In this document: one piece after another, positions 13,863-25,765 of the stretch | How positions within the stretch are numbered: the first letter of the stretch is position 1 | Layout of the letters: each line of letters starts with the position of its first letter | Made by a program: the position numbers and the translations under genes | The notes under the pieces: generated by a model | The model's input: only the letters and a program-made list of their open reading frames with translations | Database searches by the model: none | Told to the model about the DNA's origin: nothing | Assembly: GCA_951406725.2 (NCBI GenBank) | Contig: OX597838.1 | Span: 45,446,001 to 45,510,000, forward strand | DNA from: Octopus vulgaris | Taxonomy: Eukaryota | Direction of reading: 5' to 3' | DNA length: 64,000 nucleotides

Positions 13863-15079
13863 AAACACATACGCACTCACAAACACATGCTCGAACACAC
13901 ACACACACACAATTATACACTTCCATGACATCAGCGAACCTTCCCTCGGTAGACTGACGCTTTGGAAATAACAGTTTCCAGATTTAGTAAAAGAAAATAC
14001 CACGTTAGATAATATAGTTCAAGATATAAAGACCTCTTTATCTTCCCGCTTTTTGCTGTGTTTCACATCGGTTGTCCTTTGACATTTTCCATTTCAATCA
14101 CTTTTTGCCTTGTTTCTGAGAGGTAATGGATTTTCAGTTAGAACAAACTATACTGCGGTAGTTACCTTAAGAGAAACTCTCATATTGGCTTATGGTGCAA
14201 AATTCACGCTTGTTTATAGCATTATGAACAAGAGTTTATTTTACACCAAAAAGCCATATGAGAATTTCTCTCGTGGTAACTACCACAGAATGTTTTATTC
14301 TAACAGAACATCCTCGCTTAAGTGGGGATAAATATCACCTCCCAGTATTAATACTGCCTCTGTCGCTGATAAATATTCCACATTTCTAGACAAAGGAGTC
14401 AAATGTGTTGCTTCTTGACATTTTCAGCACAAAGTAACTGATTCAGAAATACGAGAAGAAGGGGAAATATTTTAAAAACTGATCCAAGTTCTTGACTGGT
14501 GTTTTATTTATCGACCCAGAAAGATATAAAACAACGTTGGCATCAGTGGAATTTGAAACGAGAACAGAAAGCCGAAACAAACATTATCCGACGCACTGTT
14601 GTCCCTGCCACTGTTGTCCCTTTACAAAAAGGAGAAAAATGGTCATTTATTATTATTATTGTTTTTGCTCTAATTCTAGTGATTCTATTTAGTTGTATGG
14701 CCTTCAAATAACTCCAATATTTTTAATGAAAAGAATAATGGAGATTAAACCTTGCCTCTAGTCGAGAACATTCGTTGGTTTCTTTTTCGAATTAAAATAT
14801 TTTACTTCGGTGCTATTATTTTATTGGTTTAATCAAGGGATGAAAAGCAGTGTCTCAATATGGTGATGATAAGGGGGAAATATATTTCTCCTAGCAAAGG
14901 ATGCCATGGATTAGATTTCCCATGTTCAGTCCACCGCAGTTCGAGGGCCTCAGTATGTTCTCTCCACCAGAAAACGGCTTGAGATCACGCTGGTTTGAGG
15001 AGCCTTCTTTTCCACACTGGCTCGACATGATATGGCAGAGGGATACTTTTTTTAATATTCATACCTAGGAGAAGTGAAG

Positions 15080-15985
15080 TTGATAAAATCTACCCCAGTG
15101 CACGAATGGTATTTATTTCAGCGACCCTGAAAGGATGAAAGGCAAAGTAGACCTCGGCAGAATTTGAACTCAGAACGTAAAGACGGACGAAATACCTATT
15201 TCTTTACTACCCACAAGGGGCTAAACACAGAAGGGACAAACAAGGACAGACAATTTTTATTTTTTGCAAACAGTAAGTTTTGAAAATTATTGTTTACTGT
15301 TTTTCTTTTAGTAGTAATTTCTCTGGTTGTTGAATTTTTAACACGTTGTCATTTATTCGCATCATTTCACTGTATTTCATGAAATCACACTTATTCGTCG
15401 AAAGCAGCCGGGTTCCACCCCCAGCTGCCAACGCAAAACTTTTTTTCCATTTTTTGGTTGTTCGGTTTGGATGCTAGGTGCATCAATTATTCTTTTGGAC
15501 ACAATACTTTTGTTTTTTGGCAAACTCGGGAATTCTTCTAGTGAAAGTTTTGACGAGCTTTCAGACACATCTCCAAATAGATCATACATTTTGTCATTCC
15601 TTTTTGCAACGGGGGAAACCATTATTGTTCGTAGTTGGCTCTTCGCCAGACAACATGTAATTCTTCCTCTCAACAGGAGAAACAAACATTTCTGTTCTAA
15701 CGGTAGGCTCCTTGCTAGACGACATTCTTCCCCCCAACGGGGGAATGAACAACGCGTGCTACTACAAGCACTTAGTGTTTTCAAATGAAAACTCCAACAG
15801 TTAAGTAATTCAACAATTTAACAAGAAACAACAGTTATTAGAAACAGCAGTTATCAACAATATTAACACCAAGAAATAGCAATTTTCACCACGTACACAT
15901 GTGCGACGCGTAAGAAACGAAAGAGACAGACGAAATACCGCTAAGCATTTCACCCGGCATATAAGCGATTTTGCCTGCTCGCCGA
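15080..15985 (-). mobile_element. SINE family A split by an insertion (15080-15196 and 15924-15985)
   Basis: Body and head halves are colinear across the insertion. Confidence 0.85.
15197..15923 (-). mobile_element. 727-bp non-autonomous Tx1-like mini-element (5' UTR, ORF1-like N-terminus, tail type 1)
   Basis: 16-bp TSD AGAC(G/A)GACGAAATACC (15181-15196 / 15924-15939); leader hairpin TTCCCCCGTTGGGGGGAA resembles CCCCCGCGGGGGAA in the Tx1 5' UTR; ORF containing SLEEFPSLP; ends in the shared tail. Confidence 0.75.
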
Positions 15986-17770
15986 ATTAGAGTACTGAAA
16001 ATCGAGATCCAGTGAGCTTTTGTACTTTTGTTCTACATGTGGTTTCCATTCACGCTGAGTTCGCCTTGGGACGCCTTACTGTCCAGAATCTGAAGTTAAA
16101 TTTCACGCAGCAAACTAATGAAACAAGTCTTGGAGTTATCTTTGGAATGAAGGTGCGATCCGAATGCTTTTAACAGGGTAGACTCTACTAAAGACACTTA
16201 ATGGCCAGTTAGAGTTAACAGTGAACTGGATGAAAAATTAATTCTACTACTCCAGGACAGGACTAATTCATCTAAAGGGCGGCAGCACAGTTTTCCTTCT
16301 ACCCAATTTCGCTCCCACGATTGGGATTGACTCGAACGCATGGTCGAAGGTCTGCGTTTAAGGAGATGCAGAATGGAATCGAAATCGGAACCATGTAATT
16401 GCAAAACGATCCCCTTGACCACACAACCATGTCTCTGCTCTTGATATTCTCCCGGAAAAAAACCCATAAACGGCACATCTTGTTCGTTCTTTTTTTTTCC
16501 TTTTTGAAATATTCTGTGACCACTCGAGGAAAAGAAACCAGCATCCCTGTATACGATGTCCCATAAACTGTATCTAATTAAATCTGATCACTTACACCAC
16601 CTTCCGATACTTCCGACAATAATGAGTTGTGATAACATCATAAAAATGAAAATCGCTTTTATTCTGTGGATTTGTGAATCATCTTATATGCGAGGCTATT
16701 AAATATGTACAGTTAATGCATTTCGATTCCATTAGATCTGGTTTTGTATACCATAATCTTTTGCGATAAAATGCAATAATATGTCTCCTGCCTCGTTACG
16801 TTGCCCCATAAAATCAAACTGTTTAAAACGCTCAATTCACTATTGAACCAATTTCCTTTTCACCCAAGGGTCCTATTCGGACAGAATGACATTTCAATAA
16901 TGTATGTATTCATAATGAAATATTTAACATCGCAATTTGAAATCGTTATAAAGGAATTCTGTGAAAACAACTAATAAATAAATCATTCTTGGACATAAAT
17001 AAGATTTAGTGAAATATTTCTAGTCATGAGAGATGAAAGATATATGAAGAGAACCAACGAAGACCGAAGATAGCCGAAGCTATCCGAAGGTAGCTAGAAT
17101 TAATTGAATCACTAGACTACCACTGACTGAAAGGCTCAAGTAGCGCTGCTATGTTTTCATATAAGAGAGACAAGATACTTAGCGTAGACTACTTAGCTGT
17201 GACTATGTACCACAAGGTGATATAGTTTACAGCAATAAGCAGCGGAAGCACTATGAAACTAACTTGTGTTTCTCTAGCTCTCTTCTGCTATGCTTAACTT
17301 CCAACTTTCGACAGTATGGCGTCATTTACCAGGAGAAAAAGGAGGATTTGAGAACTGAAGATGTCAAATCATCCTCAGAAGAACACGAATGATACCGAAA
17401 TCTACGAGCCAGAGAAAACGCCTCTAGGGGGTTGCTTGACTTACTAGAAATACAGACATCCCCGCGCTACGGAAACTTTGCGTTTGTGAAAGTCTTGTAA
17501 CGTGATGTTGCGTAATGTAAAAGGTATTTTTTGCTATTACTTTCGGTGCTTATTAACTTCCTGTAACATGATAATATGAAAGCTAATGGTAAAAGTTACG
17601 TCAAGATTTTCAGGTTTTCAGGTTAAAGAACTCCATGTTACGTCCACATTTTCAGGAATCCAAGTCTTCCGGAACGTATAAAATTCCTCAGGTAGTAAAC
17701 TTTGCCTCAAATCACAGCCAACCGTCTTAAAAATTGGAAGTCATATTGGATAATGAGACCTTAAGTAATA

Positions 17771-18179
17771 TTGTGTCTCGGAAAGGTCATTATCCCAATA
17801 ATAACACACACACACTGGTTTCATTTCACTTTTGGATTATTTTTAATTGGTTAACTATTTAAACCAATTAACTAATCAATTGTTTGTTTAATCATTTAGT
17901 TAATCATTCAATCAGTCATGCCTGTCAAAATCCTTTCGTCGCCATTCGTGACGTCATCAATAGCATGCCCTCTCTGTTCCAGCTAACCTTCAGGTTTGTT
18001 GCGAATGGCAATGAAAGGACTTTGACAGACATGACTTATCGAATGATTAATTGAATGATTAATCAAGCAATCGATTAGTTACTCTGATAAATAGTTAACC
18101 AATTAGCAAATAATGGAATAAGTGAAATAAAATCAGTGCGTGTGTTTATTATTGACATAACGACCCTCCCGAGATACAA
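17771..18179. mobile_element. Fold-back MITE-like element with about 180-bp diverged inverted arms
   Basis: TTGTGTCTCGGAAAGGTCATTAT... mirrors ...ATAACGACCCTCCCGAGATACAA; the arms pair inward to GCCATTCG/CGAATGGC. Confidence 0.75.
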
Positions 18180-18529
18180 CAAAATGTGTTTCAGCACACA
18201 AGTTCACATCAAGAATTTTGCAGACTAAATACGAAAAACCTTAGATAAATTTATCTGAAGAAAATAAAGATGAGACGGCCATGACTAGATTGGTCATGAG
18301 CCGATTGTCTTATGATCATCTTTTCACTAGATTTGCCTTGTTCAAGTTTCACCTGAATCTAAATACAACAACAACAGCAGCAACAACAACATCAACAAAA
18401 GCAACAACAATAAAAACAGCTGCACAATAGGATGTAACAAGTTTTGTCTTTATACGGAGTAACGGGATCCGTGCAAGTTCCATGGCATAAGTCATCGTAT
18501 ATGGAAAAATAGGGTTAATGTATTAAGCA

Positions 18530-18940
18530 TAGACGCTGGCATGGCTGCGAGGAAAAAAGGTTGCTTCCAAGCAATATGGTTCCAGGTTCAGTGCCAATAC
18601 GTGGCACCTTTGGCAAATGTCTTCAACTATAGCCTTGGGACGACAAAGGTCTTGTAAGTGGATTTGGTAGCCGGAAACTGAAAGAAGCTTTTCGTATGTA
18701 TGTATGTGCGTGTGTGCCTGTGTTTGTGTTTGTCCCCCACCCACTGTCTGACAACCGGTGTTGGTGTGTTTACGAGTCCGTAACTTAGCAGTTCAACAAC
18801 AGAGGCCTAGAGAATAAGTATCAGGCTTAAAAATAATAAGTACCGGGGTCGATTCGTTCGACTAAAATTCATCAAGACAGTGCCCCAGCATGGCCACCGT
18901 CAAATGACTGAAACAAGTAAAAATTTAAAAGATAAAAGAC
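18530..18940 (+). mobile_element. SINE family B copy
   Basis: GGTTCAGTGCC...GGCACCTTTGGCAAATGTCTTC...CCCCAGCATGGCC...ATGACTGAAACAAG. Confidence 0.85.
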
Positions 18941-19910
18941 AAGTAAGGAATATTAAGAAAATTCTTTTGAAATCCTACCATTTAATCAAAACTGTGCTTT
19001 AAAATATAACTGAAAAGAACTTGGAAGTTATTGATTATTTTCCTGCTTTTAATGTTTCATAGATATGAAGTGTTCTAAAGTTTAATGAATTCGGAAAATA
19101 AACTTAGTATATATTGAGCTTACTGAATTATATACAAATATATTATAGACGAGGCTATACGAAGTGTATGTGACGTACAGATATATATAGAAATACAAAA
19201 CTTGAACCGATTTAAAGGTATTGTATGTAATATAGAAAATGCTTTACAAACTGTATGAACTGAATATAATATCATTTATCTATCTCTCTAGGTAGCTAGT
19301 TGTTTATCAGTCAATCTGCTTATCTATCAACCTCTCTCTAGCTAGCGAACCAACTAACTAATTAATTAGCTGTTATATCTACTTTCCCTTATGTTGATGT
19401 ATACATTAGTCTACTCTCAATACCGATAAGCACTTAAACCTAATAACAATAGAAAGTGAATAATGGTGGTGCCCCAGCATGGGCACAGCGTTTCAGTCTA
19501 GAATACGTGGAAGATAAGTGTAGCATCCACAGATATTTGCTAAGGCTATTTCACTTTAATTTAACTATCTATCGATATATCTTTTAATGCATAAATTTAT
19601 AGATTTTCACGACGTTTCATTATGTTAAACATTTCGATTATACCTGCAATTTGAACACACAAATGCAAAATAAAATAAGCCCTCTCTCTCTCTATCTATC
19701 TCTTTCCATCTCTCTCTCTCACTCTTTCACTCTTTCTCTCGTGATTTCTCTTTCTATTTTTTCACCGATTCCACGATTTCTGTTTCTCTCATCGTCTCCT
19801 CTCTTTCTTTCTGCATATATCTTTCTCCATTCAAGTTATTAACTCCCTTGGCGTCACACGACTAAAACAGGCAGACGACAGAAACAAATCGAATAACATT
19901 GTCGGGCATC

Positions 19911-20585
19911 AAGGCGGTGAGCTGGCAGAATCGTTTGCACAGCGGACACAATGCTTGACAGCGTTTCTTCTGAGTTTAAATTCCATCAAGGTCAACTTTG
20001 CCTTTCATCCCTTCGGGATCAATAACTAAGGACCAGTTGAGAACTGGGGTCGATGTAATTAACTAACCCTAACTCCCCCAAAATAGAAGTAAAATAAGGA
20101 GACTTATAGTAGAAAGAAATTAATGCAGACCATTGAAGGAGCGGGTGGTGCTAAGGCCCCACATTTTGGTGATGACTGTAAACAGATTCATATGCCAAAA
20201 TGTCACAGAATGCTGTAAAAATTTACGACAGGAAGTGTTGATGACACCGTTTATGTTTTATATTTTCGGGTACTGGACTGCGGCCATGCTACAGCTCTGC
20301 CTTAAAGGGTTTTATTAAAAGGAATCCAGCCAGTACTATTTTAAAGCTTTGTACTTATTTCAGCGATCTCTTTTGCCGAACCACTAAACTATAGGGATGT
20401 ACCACACCAACGCCATCTGTCAAGCGGTAGGGAAAGGCTAACACAAACAAAAAGTTTCCGTAGACCAAATCAAATTTACAAGGCTTTGGTCGGTCCGAGG
20501 CTATAGTGGAAGATCATAGTGGCGTGCAGCGGAACTGAAACCAGACCATGTCATTGGGAAGTCGACCTCTTACTACAAAGCCATA
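19911..20585. mobile_element. Old SINE A (19911-20080 plus) and SINE B (about 20270-20585 minus) copies
   Basis: Diverged matches to both family consensus sequences. Confidence 0.7.
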
Positions 20586-20902
20586 ACCATTTCCCTGTCC
20601 CACATGTGATGTATAAGACATATTTCCCTGATATCCGATCATAATATATGATATACGTTCCTAAAAAAATTATCTATATTTCTCAGAACGTATAAAACAA
20701 GGGCGAACTCAAAAACTAGTTCAGACGTTTAGAACAAAGCTATGAAAATCTTTGGACATGCAATGGGTGAGGAATAACAACCAAACCCGACTTAAATCAT
20801 GATCTAACAAGGGAAATTCGCATAGAATGATGACCCCCAAAAGAGCCTCTGCGTAGAGGTTCCATTGTTGAGATATTCTATGTATCGTTGGTAGGGGTAA
20901 TT

Positions 20903-21007
20903 GGATGGATGGATGGATGGATGGATGGATGGATGGATGGATGGATGGATGGATGGATGGATGGATGGATGGATGGATGGATGGATGGATGGATGGATGG
21001 ATGGTTG

Positions 21008-21069
<62 letters not shown>
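20903..21069. repeat. (GGAT)n followed by (GA)n microsatellite
   Basis: Directly visible. Confidence 0.98.
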
Positions 21070-21072
<3 letters not shown>

Positions 21073-21639
21073 TCCTCTTTGAAGCCTTTGTGAAAGAATT
21101 TCAGGATTAAATTATATATTTCTAAAGTAATATTTCAATATCTTTTTTATTGCTATTTTATATAACACATTTGAGTTTCTACATATTCCGCAATGCTTCG
21201 GGAAAACTATGACACTTTTCTAATCCATAATTGGTACGATTGTTTAAGAAAACCAGTGCAACAAACTCCGTTGAAAATAGAGGTGTGAAAAAATACACAG
21301 GATAAAACGTAACAGCAATACTGTTTTTTGATATTTATGTAAATATCATGCTTTTGTCATGATTTTGTTTTCGCTCCTTTATTTTCATTTTACATTGTTA
21401 TTTTGTCTTTTTGAAACAATTTTTAATAATTTTAAGTCGATCTCACACTGCTTTGGATCAATTATACAAATTTATTCCTGTGTGGTTGAGAAGTTCTTTT
21501 TGCAAATTCATGGTTTCTGGTTCAATTTCACTACTCAGCACCTTGGACAAGTATCTCTACTACAGATCCGGACCGAATAATGCCTTATGAGTGAAAATGG
21601 TAGGCGGAAATCTTGTGGAAGTCGTGATATATGTTTCTT

Positions 21640-21784
21640 TTTATTCTTTTATTCTTTTACTTGTTTCAGTCATTTTGACTGCGGCCATGCTGGAGCACCG
21701 CCTTTAGTCGAGCAAATCGACCCCGGACTTATTCTTTGTAAGCCCAGTACTTATTCTATCGGTCTCTTTTGCCGAACCGCTAAG

Positions 21785-21785
<1 letters not shown>
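21640..21785 (-). mobile_element. 3' part of SINE family B
   Basis: TTACTTGTTTCAGTCATTTTGACTGCGGCCATGCTGGAGCACCGCC. Confidence 0.85.
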
Positions 21786-21881
<96 letters not shown>

Positions 21882-22006
21882 TGTATAGAGGGCATTATTA
21901 CACATAAATGCCTCACGCTAAGAGGGACAAAGTCATTACTACCAAAATTATACTAATCATACCTAAATGCAGTTTTTTCAAAGCAAGACATTTAAAAAAT
22001 GAATTT

Positions 22007-22064
22007 AGTTCTGTATCACCGTGATTTCACATTCAACTTACGTCTTATGATCCTCAGCAGAACT
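22007..22064 (-). ncRNA. Type I hammerhead ribozyme (copy 1)
   Basis: Exact reverse complement of 27889-27946. Confidence 0.8.
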
Positions 22065-22364
22065 GATTCTGAACACATCATAAATAAACTACCAACCTTA
22101 CTTAGCGAAGACGAACATGTTTTATTATTACCCACAAGGGGCAAACAAAGAGGGGACGATACAACCTGATGTGGGGTCAGATTCTCGGATGGGGTTACAA
22201 AAAGGATGAGATTAAAAATTTCAAAAATTCACAAAAATGCAAAAATTATAAAATCGAATGAATAACAGACCGGAAGACATTACAGGTAGAGTGGGGGCGG
22301 GTTCAGCTCGAACCCCACGAGCCCCGCCTCACCACTGATACTTTGGTTTCGTTCTGATTTACAT

Positions 22365-25300
22365 TTATGTGGTGTCATCTATTCGCAACTTCCGTGCTAC
22401 ATCCTTCCATCGTTCTTCATACACTCTTTTAGTCAGGCATTTTCTCTCCAGCCCTATCTTCCTTTTCAGGTGGAAGATGAAGTAATTCATCAACCCAGGG
22501 CCGGATATGAACTTGCCTGACCGTATACCTTTCATTCTCGTCTTCCATATCACCTCTTTCGCAATTGCTACCACAACGAGAAAACAATTCTTACCTTCTT
22601 TCGCGAGGAAGTCTGGTGGGTCAATTTTTTTAATACACTCAGTCGACAGCTGTACTCTTCGTGTGTTTGACAACAGGTGTTCGGCATAAACCCACACCTC
22701 AGACACGACCGAACAATGGACAATAGCGTGCGGGACGGTTTCCCTATCCCGCCCGCATCTTGGACACGTCGGACTGTCTTGGCCACCGTGCCTTGCGAGT
22801 TTATCCCGAACAGGTAGAGCTCCTCTGTAGCATTGCCATGCCAGAGACTTCTGGAAGTTGTCCAGTGTCTTCGGCTCGAACGTACGTAGGAACAGACTGG
22901 CCAGCTGATTATCGTCGAGACCTAGGGTTTCCCCCAGGGTGTCTTCACATTCCGCCTCTACCAACCCTCTATAGAAGAATGTGGTGGAACCCCCACCGCA
23001 GGCGTTGCCCGAGCGACGGAATAGCAGGAGAGCCTTGCGACACTCCGTATACCATGTGCCCAGTTTCGATTTACGATTCAACCAGGTTTCCCATCCACCG
23101 AAACTAGTGAACTTGGGAAACATCAGTTTTGCTAGCGAAGACCACACCCGTTCACCATCCAGGTAGAGCCACAGATGTCTTAACCTCAGCGCATGTTTGC
23201 GCATCATCAGCCAAGGCATCCCTAGCCCACCCTTTAACGGTTGTTGACAGCAAGTAGAGCGTTTCACAAATGGTTTCCCGCCCTTCCACAAGAAGTAGAA
23301 GAGCTGTCTTTCCAACTTGATCAACCACGAATCAGGGCATGGAACGACGGAAAGGCGGTAGGTGATAACCGATGCGATAAACACATTGGCCACCTCCGCC
23401 CTCCCTTTCAGGGATAGCCACCGCCAAGACCAGGTCTTGGCTACTGCAGCCACCTTGCTCGTTACCTCGCCCCAATTCTTCTCTATTTGGAGGTCTGGAC
23501 CGAACCAGACCCCTAGCAGTTTAATCGGACCCTCCGTCCAACGTCCCACGACGCTGTCAGGAGGCATCGACTTGCCTCTCCAGGTGCCGAGTTGCAAGCC
23601 GACTGACTTTTCGCGATTAACTTTTGCTCCTGTCACCGTCTCGTAAACCTCTATGGCCTTGCCTACTTTACATAGGTGGTCCATTTCGGTTACGATGATG
23701 GTGATGTCGTCCGCGTACGCTGACATTGATTTTCCATTACCTGGCTGTCTCGGGATGCCGCTCAGTTTTCGCAGTAATGGCTCAAGAGCCATCACGTACA
23801 AAAGCGGGGAGAGCGGACACCCTTGACGAACCGAGCGTTTGATTTTGAACGGCTTCGACAAGAAGCCGTTCACTCGAACTACCGAGTCGATGTTGTCATA
23901 AATTTGGATAATCCACCTGAGGAAGCCAAGGCTCAGCCCGAACTGTGCCAGGGCAGATACCAGGTAACGATGGTCGACCCTATCAAAAGCCTTGGATTGG
24001 TCTAAATGGACCAGTGCCCCACCCTTGCCAGAATCACTATTAAACCCCTCTATAGTGTACCGCATTAGATGGAGATTATCCTGAATGGTTCTGCCCGGAA
24101 CGGCACATGTCTGTGCCTCCCCGATCAGACCATCCGCGACACGCGCCAATCTTTTCGATAACACTTTGGCCAAAATCTTCAACTCTGTGTTTAGCAGAGT
24201 GATGGGCCTGAAATTATCAATGCACTCCCCCTTGCTCGGGTCCTTTCTGACGAGAGTCACCACTCCCCGGCGCACAGATCTGGGTATAAGCCCGTTCTGC
24301 TGCCAGTTCGCATAGACCTCCGCCAGTAGGTGCCCGAACAAGTCTGGCATACTCTTATATAACTCATAGGGTAGACCATCCAAACCCGGCGCCTTGCCCG
24401 CGCCGCAGTCCGCCATTGCCTCAACCACCTCCTCAGGCGTGATTGGCCCTTCACAGCCCTCCGCATCTCGCCCCGATAAGCGCGGCAGCCCGTCGAGTAG
24501 GTCCGTAAAGGCCCTCCTCCTATCCAGCCCGCCGCACTCACCGAAAAGCTGAGCGAAGTGCTCCTGAAAGGCCTCACACATCTCCTCGGGTTCGTTTATC
24601 AACTCACCTTGTTGGTTCTTCAAAGATCGAATCGTGGCATCGTTGCCATTCCGGGCTTCCACCACTCGGGCCCATCTCACGGCGTTGATTCCTTCACATC
24701 CCGTATGACGGATTCTAGCCCTGACAATGCAGCCCATGTGTTTGGCCTCGAGGTGCTGGTTTAACACCAGTCTCTTGGACGCCACCTGAGCCGCAGAGCC
24801 AGTTTTCATGGCTTCCTCTAATTCCTTAACTAGAGTAGTTTCCCTTCTAGCCTCTCTAGTCACTACTCCTATGCTATATCTAATAGACTCAAACTTGATG
24901 GCTCGTTTGAGGGCGTACCACCATTTGTTATTAATGATGGCACCAGACAGCGCCCTCTGAATTATAGTCCTAATCCGGTCTCTGTACTCCTTAATCGCCA
25001 AAAGGGACGTATTAAGTTTCCAGTAACCGGATCCTCTATTTCTAACCTTATCTATGTCAAGCTTACAAGTGACCATTTTATGATCACTGTAGCTGATCGG
25101 GTAAAACTGTGGACAATTAGCTATTTTACTGTCTACCTTTCTAATTAGAATTCTATCTATGTATGACCTGGAAGATCCGTCGCTGTTTGACCATGTCCAC
25201 AATGGAGCGTTCGGAAATTCCAACCTATAAGGATCTGCTAGCTCAAAGCGGCTTAGCAGTTCCAGGAAGCAATAGTTACCTTTTCTATCTGCATTCGAGC

Positions 25301-25757
25301 CAACACAATCTACATCCGCTTTGCAAATTGTGTTAAAGTCTCCTAGCACAACTAATGAATGCGAAGTACCGAGAAAGTTTTCTAGTTCACGAAAATAATC
25401 ACTTTGCCCTGTATTGGGTGCGTAAATTGCAACCAGTCTGATAACTTTACCGTTACTGAACGTCAAATCCATGACGACCAGCCTACCTTCTGGGTCTGAA
25501 AAAATTAACTTTTTCTCAAAAACCCGGTTTCTTTTTAATAGGACCAACACCCCACCCCCGCCTGTAGGACTGGCCGGAGAGAAAAAACTCTCGTAGCCGT
25601 CAAACAGCGGGAGTAACCTTCTTGGCCCCTTTAACCGGGTTTCTGTGGCAACAATAACATCCAAATTACGCGACCTGATATCATTAAGGAAGCGACCTTG
25701 CTTCCCGCTTGATCCCAGGCCGCGCACATTTAAACAACCAACATAAATGTAGTCCAT
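22365..25757 (-). CDS. ORF2 polyprotein: APE endonuclease, reverse transcriptase and C-terminal CCHC zinc finger (1130 aa, intact)
   Basis: APE: LNVRGL, ETR, IYAP, GDFN, IDRI, SDH, GYWKLN; RT: KAPGLDG, RPITLLN, LDQSKAFDRVDH, VRQGCPLSPLL, YADD; zinc finger CPRC...H...C. Confidence 0.97.
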   Translation of the reverse strand: MDYIYVGCLNVRGLGSSGKQGRFLNDIRSRNLDVIVATETRLKGPRRLLPLFDGYESFFSPASPTGGGGVLVLLKRNRVFEKKLIFSDPEGRLVVMDLTFSNGKVIRLVAIYAPNTGQSDYFRELENFLGTSHSLVVLGDFNTICKADVDCVGSNADRKGNYCFLELLSRFELADPYRLEFPNAPLWTWSNSDGSSRSYIDRILIRKVDSKIANCPQFYPISYSDHKMVTCKLDIDKVRNRGSGYWKLNTSLLAIKEYRDRIRTIIQRALSGAIINNKWWYALKRAIKFESIRYSIGVVTREARRETTLVKELEEAMKTGSAAQVASKRLVLNQHLEAKHMGCIVRARIRHTGCEGINAVRWARVVEARNGNDATIRSLKNQQGELINEPEEMCEAFQEHFAQLFGECGGLDRRRAFTDLLDGLPRLSGRDAEGCEGPITPEEVVEAMADCGAGKAPGLDGLPYELYKSMPDLFGHLLAEVYANWQQNGLIPRSVRRGVVTLVRKDPSKGECIDNFRPITLLNTELKILAKVLSKRLARVADGLIGEAQTCAVPGRTIQDNLHLMRYTIEGFNSDSGKGGALVHLDQSKAFDRVDHRYLVSALAQFGLSLGFLRWIIQIYDNIDSVVRVNGFLSKPFKIKRSVRQGCPLSPLLYVMALEPLLRKLSGIPRQPGNGKSMSAYADDITIIVTEMDHLCKVGKAIEVYETVTGAKVNREKSVGLQLGTWRGKSMPPDSVVGRWTEGPIKLLGVWFGPDLQIEKNWGEVTSKVAAVAKTWSWRWLSLKGRAEVANVFIASVITYRLSVVPCPDSWLIKLERQLFYFLWKGGKPFVKRSTCCQQPLKGGLGMPWLMMRKHALRLRHLWLYLDGERVWSSLAKLMFPKFTSFGGWETWLNRKSKLGTWYTECRKALLLFRRSGNACGGGSTTFFYRGLVEAECEDTLGETLGLDDNQLASLFLRTFEPKTLDNFQKSLAWQCYRGALPVRDKLARHGGQDSPTCPRCGRDRETVPHAIVHCSVVSEVWVYAEHLLSNTRRVQLSTECIKKIDPPDFLAKEGKNCFLVVVAIAKEVIWKTRMKGIRSGKFISGPGLMNYFIFHLKRKIGLERKCLTKRVYEERWKDVARKLRIDDTT

Positions 25758-25765
25758 AACTTACC

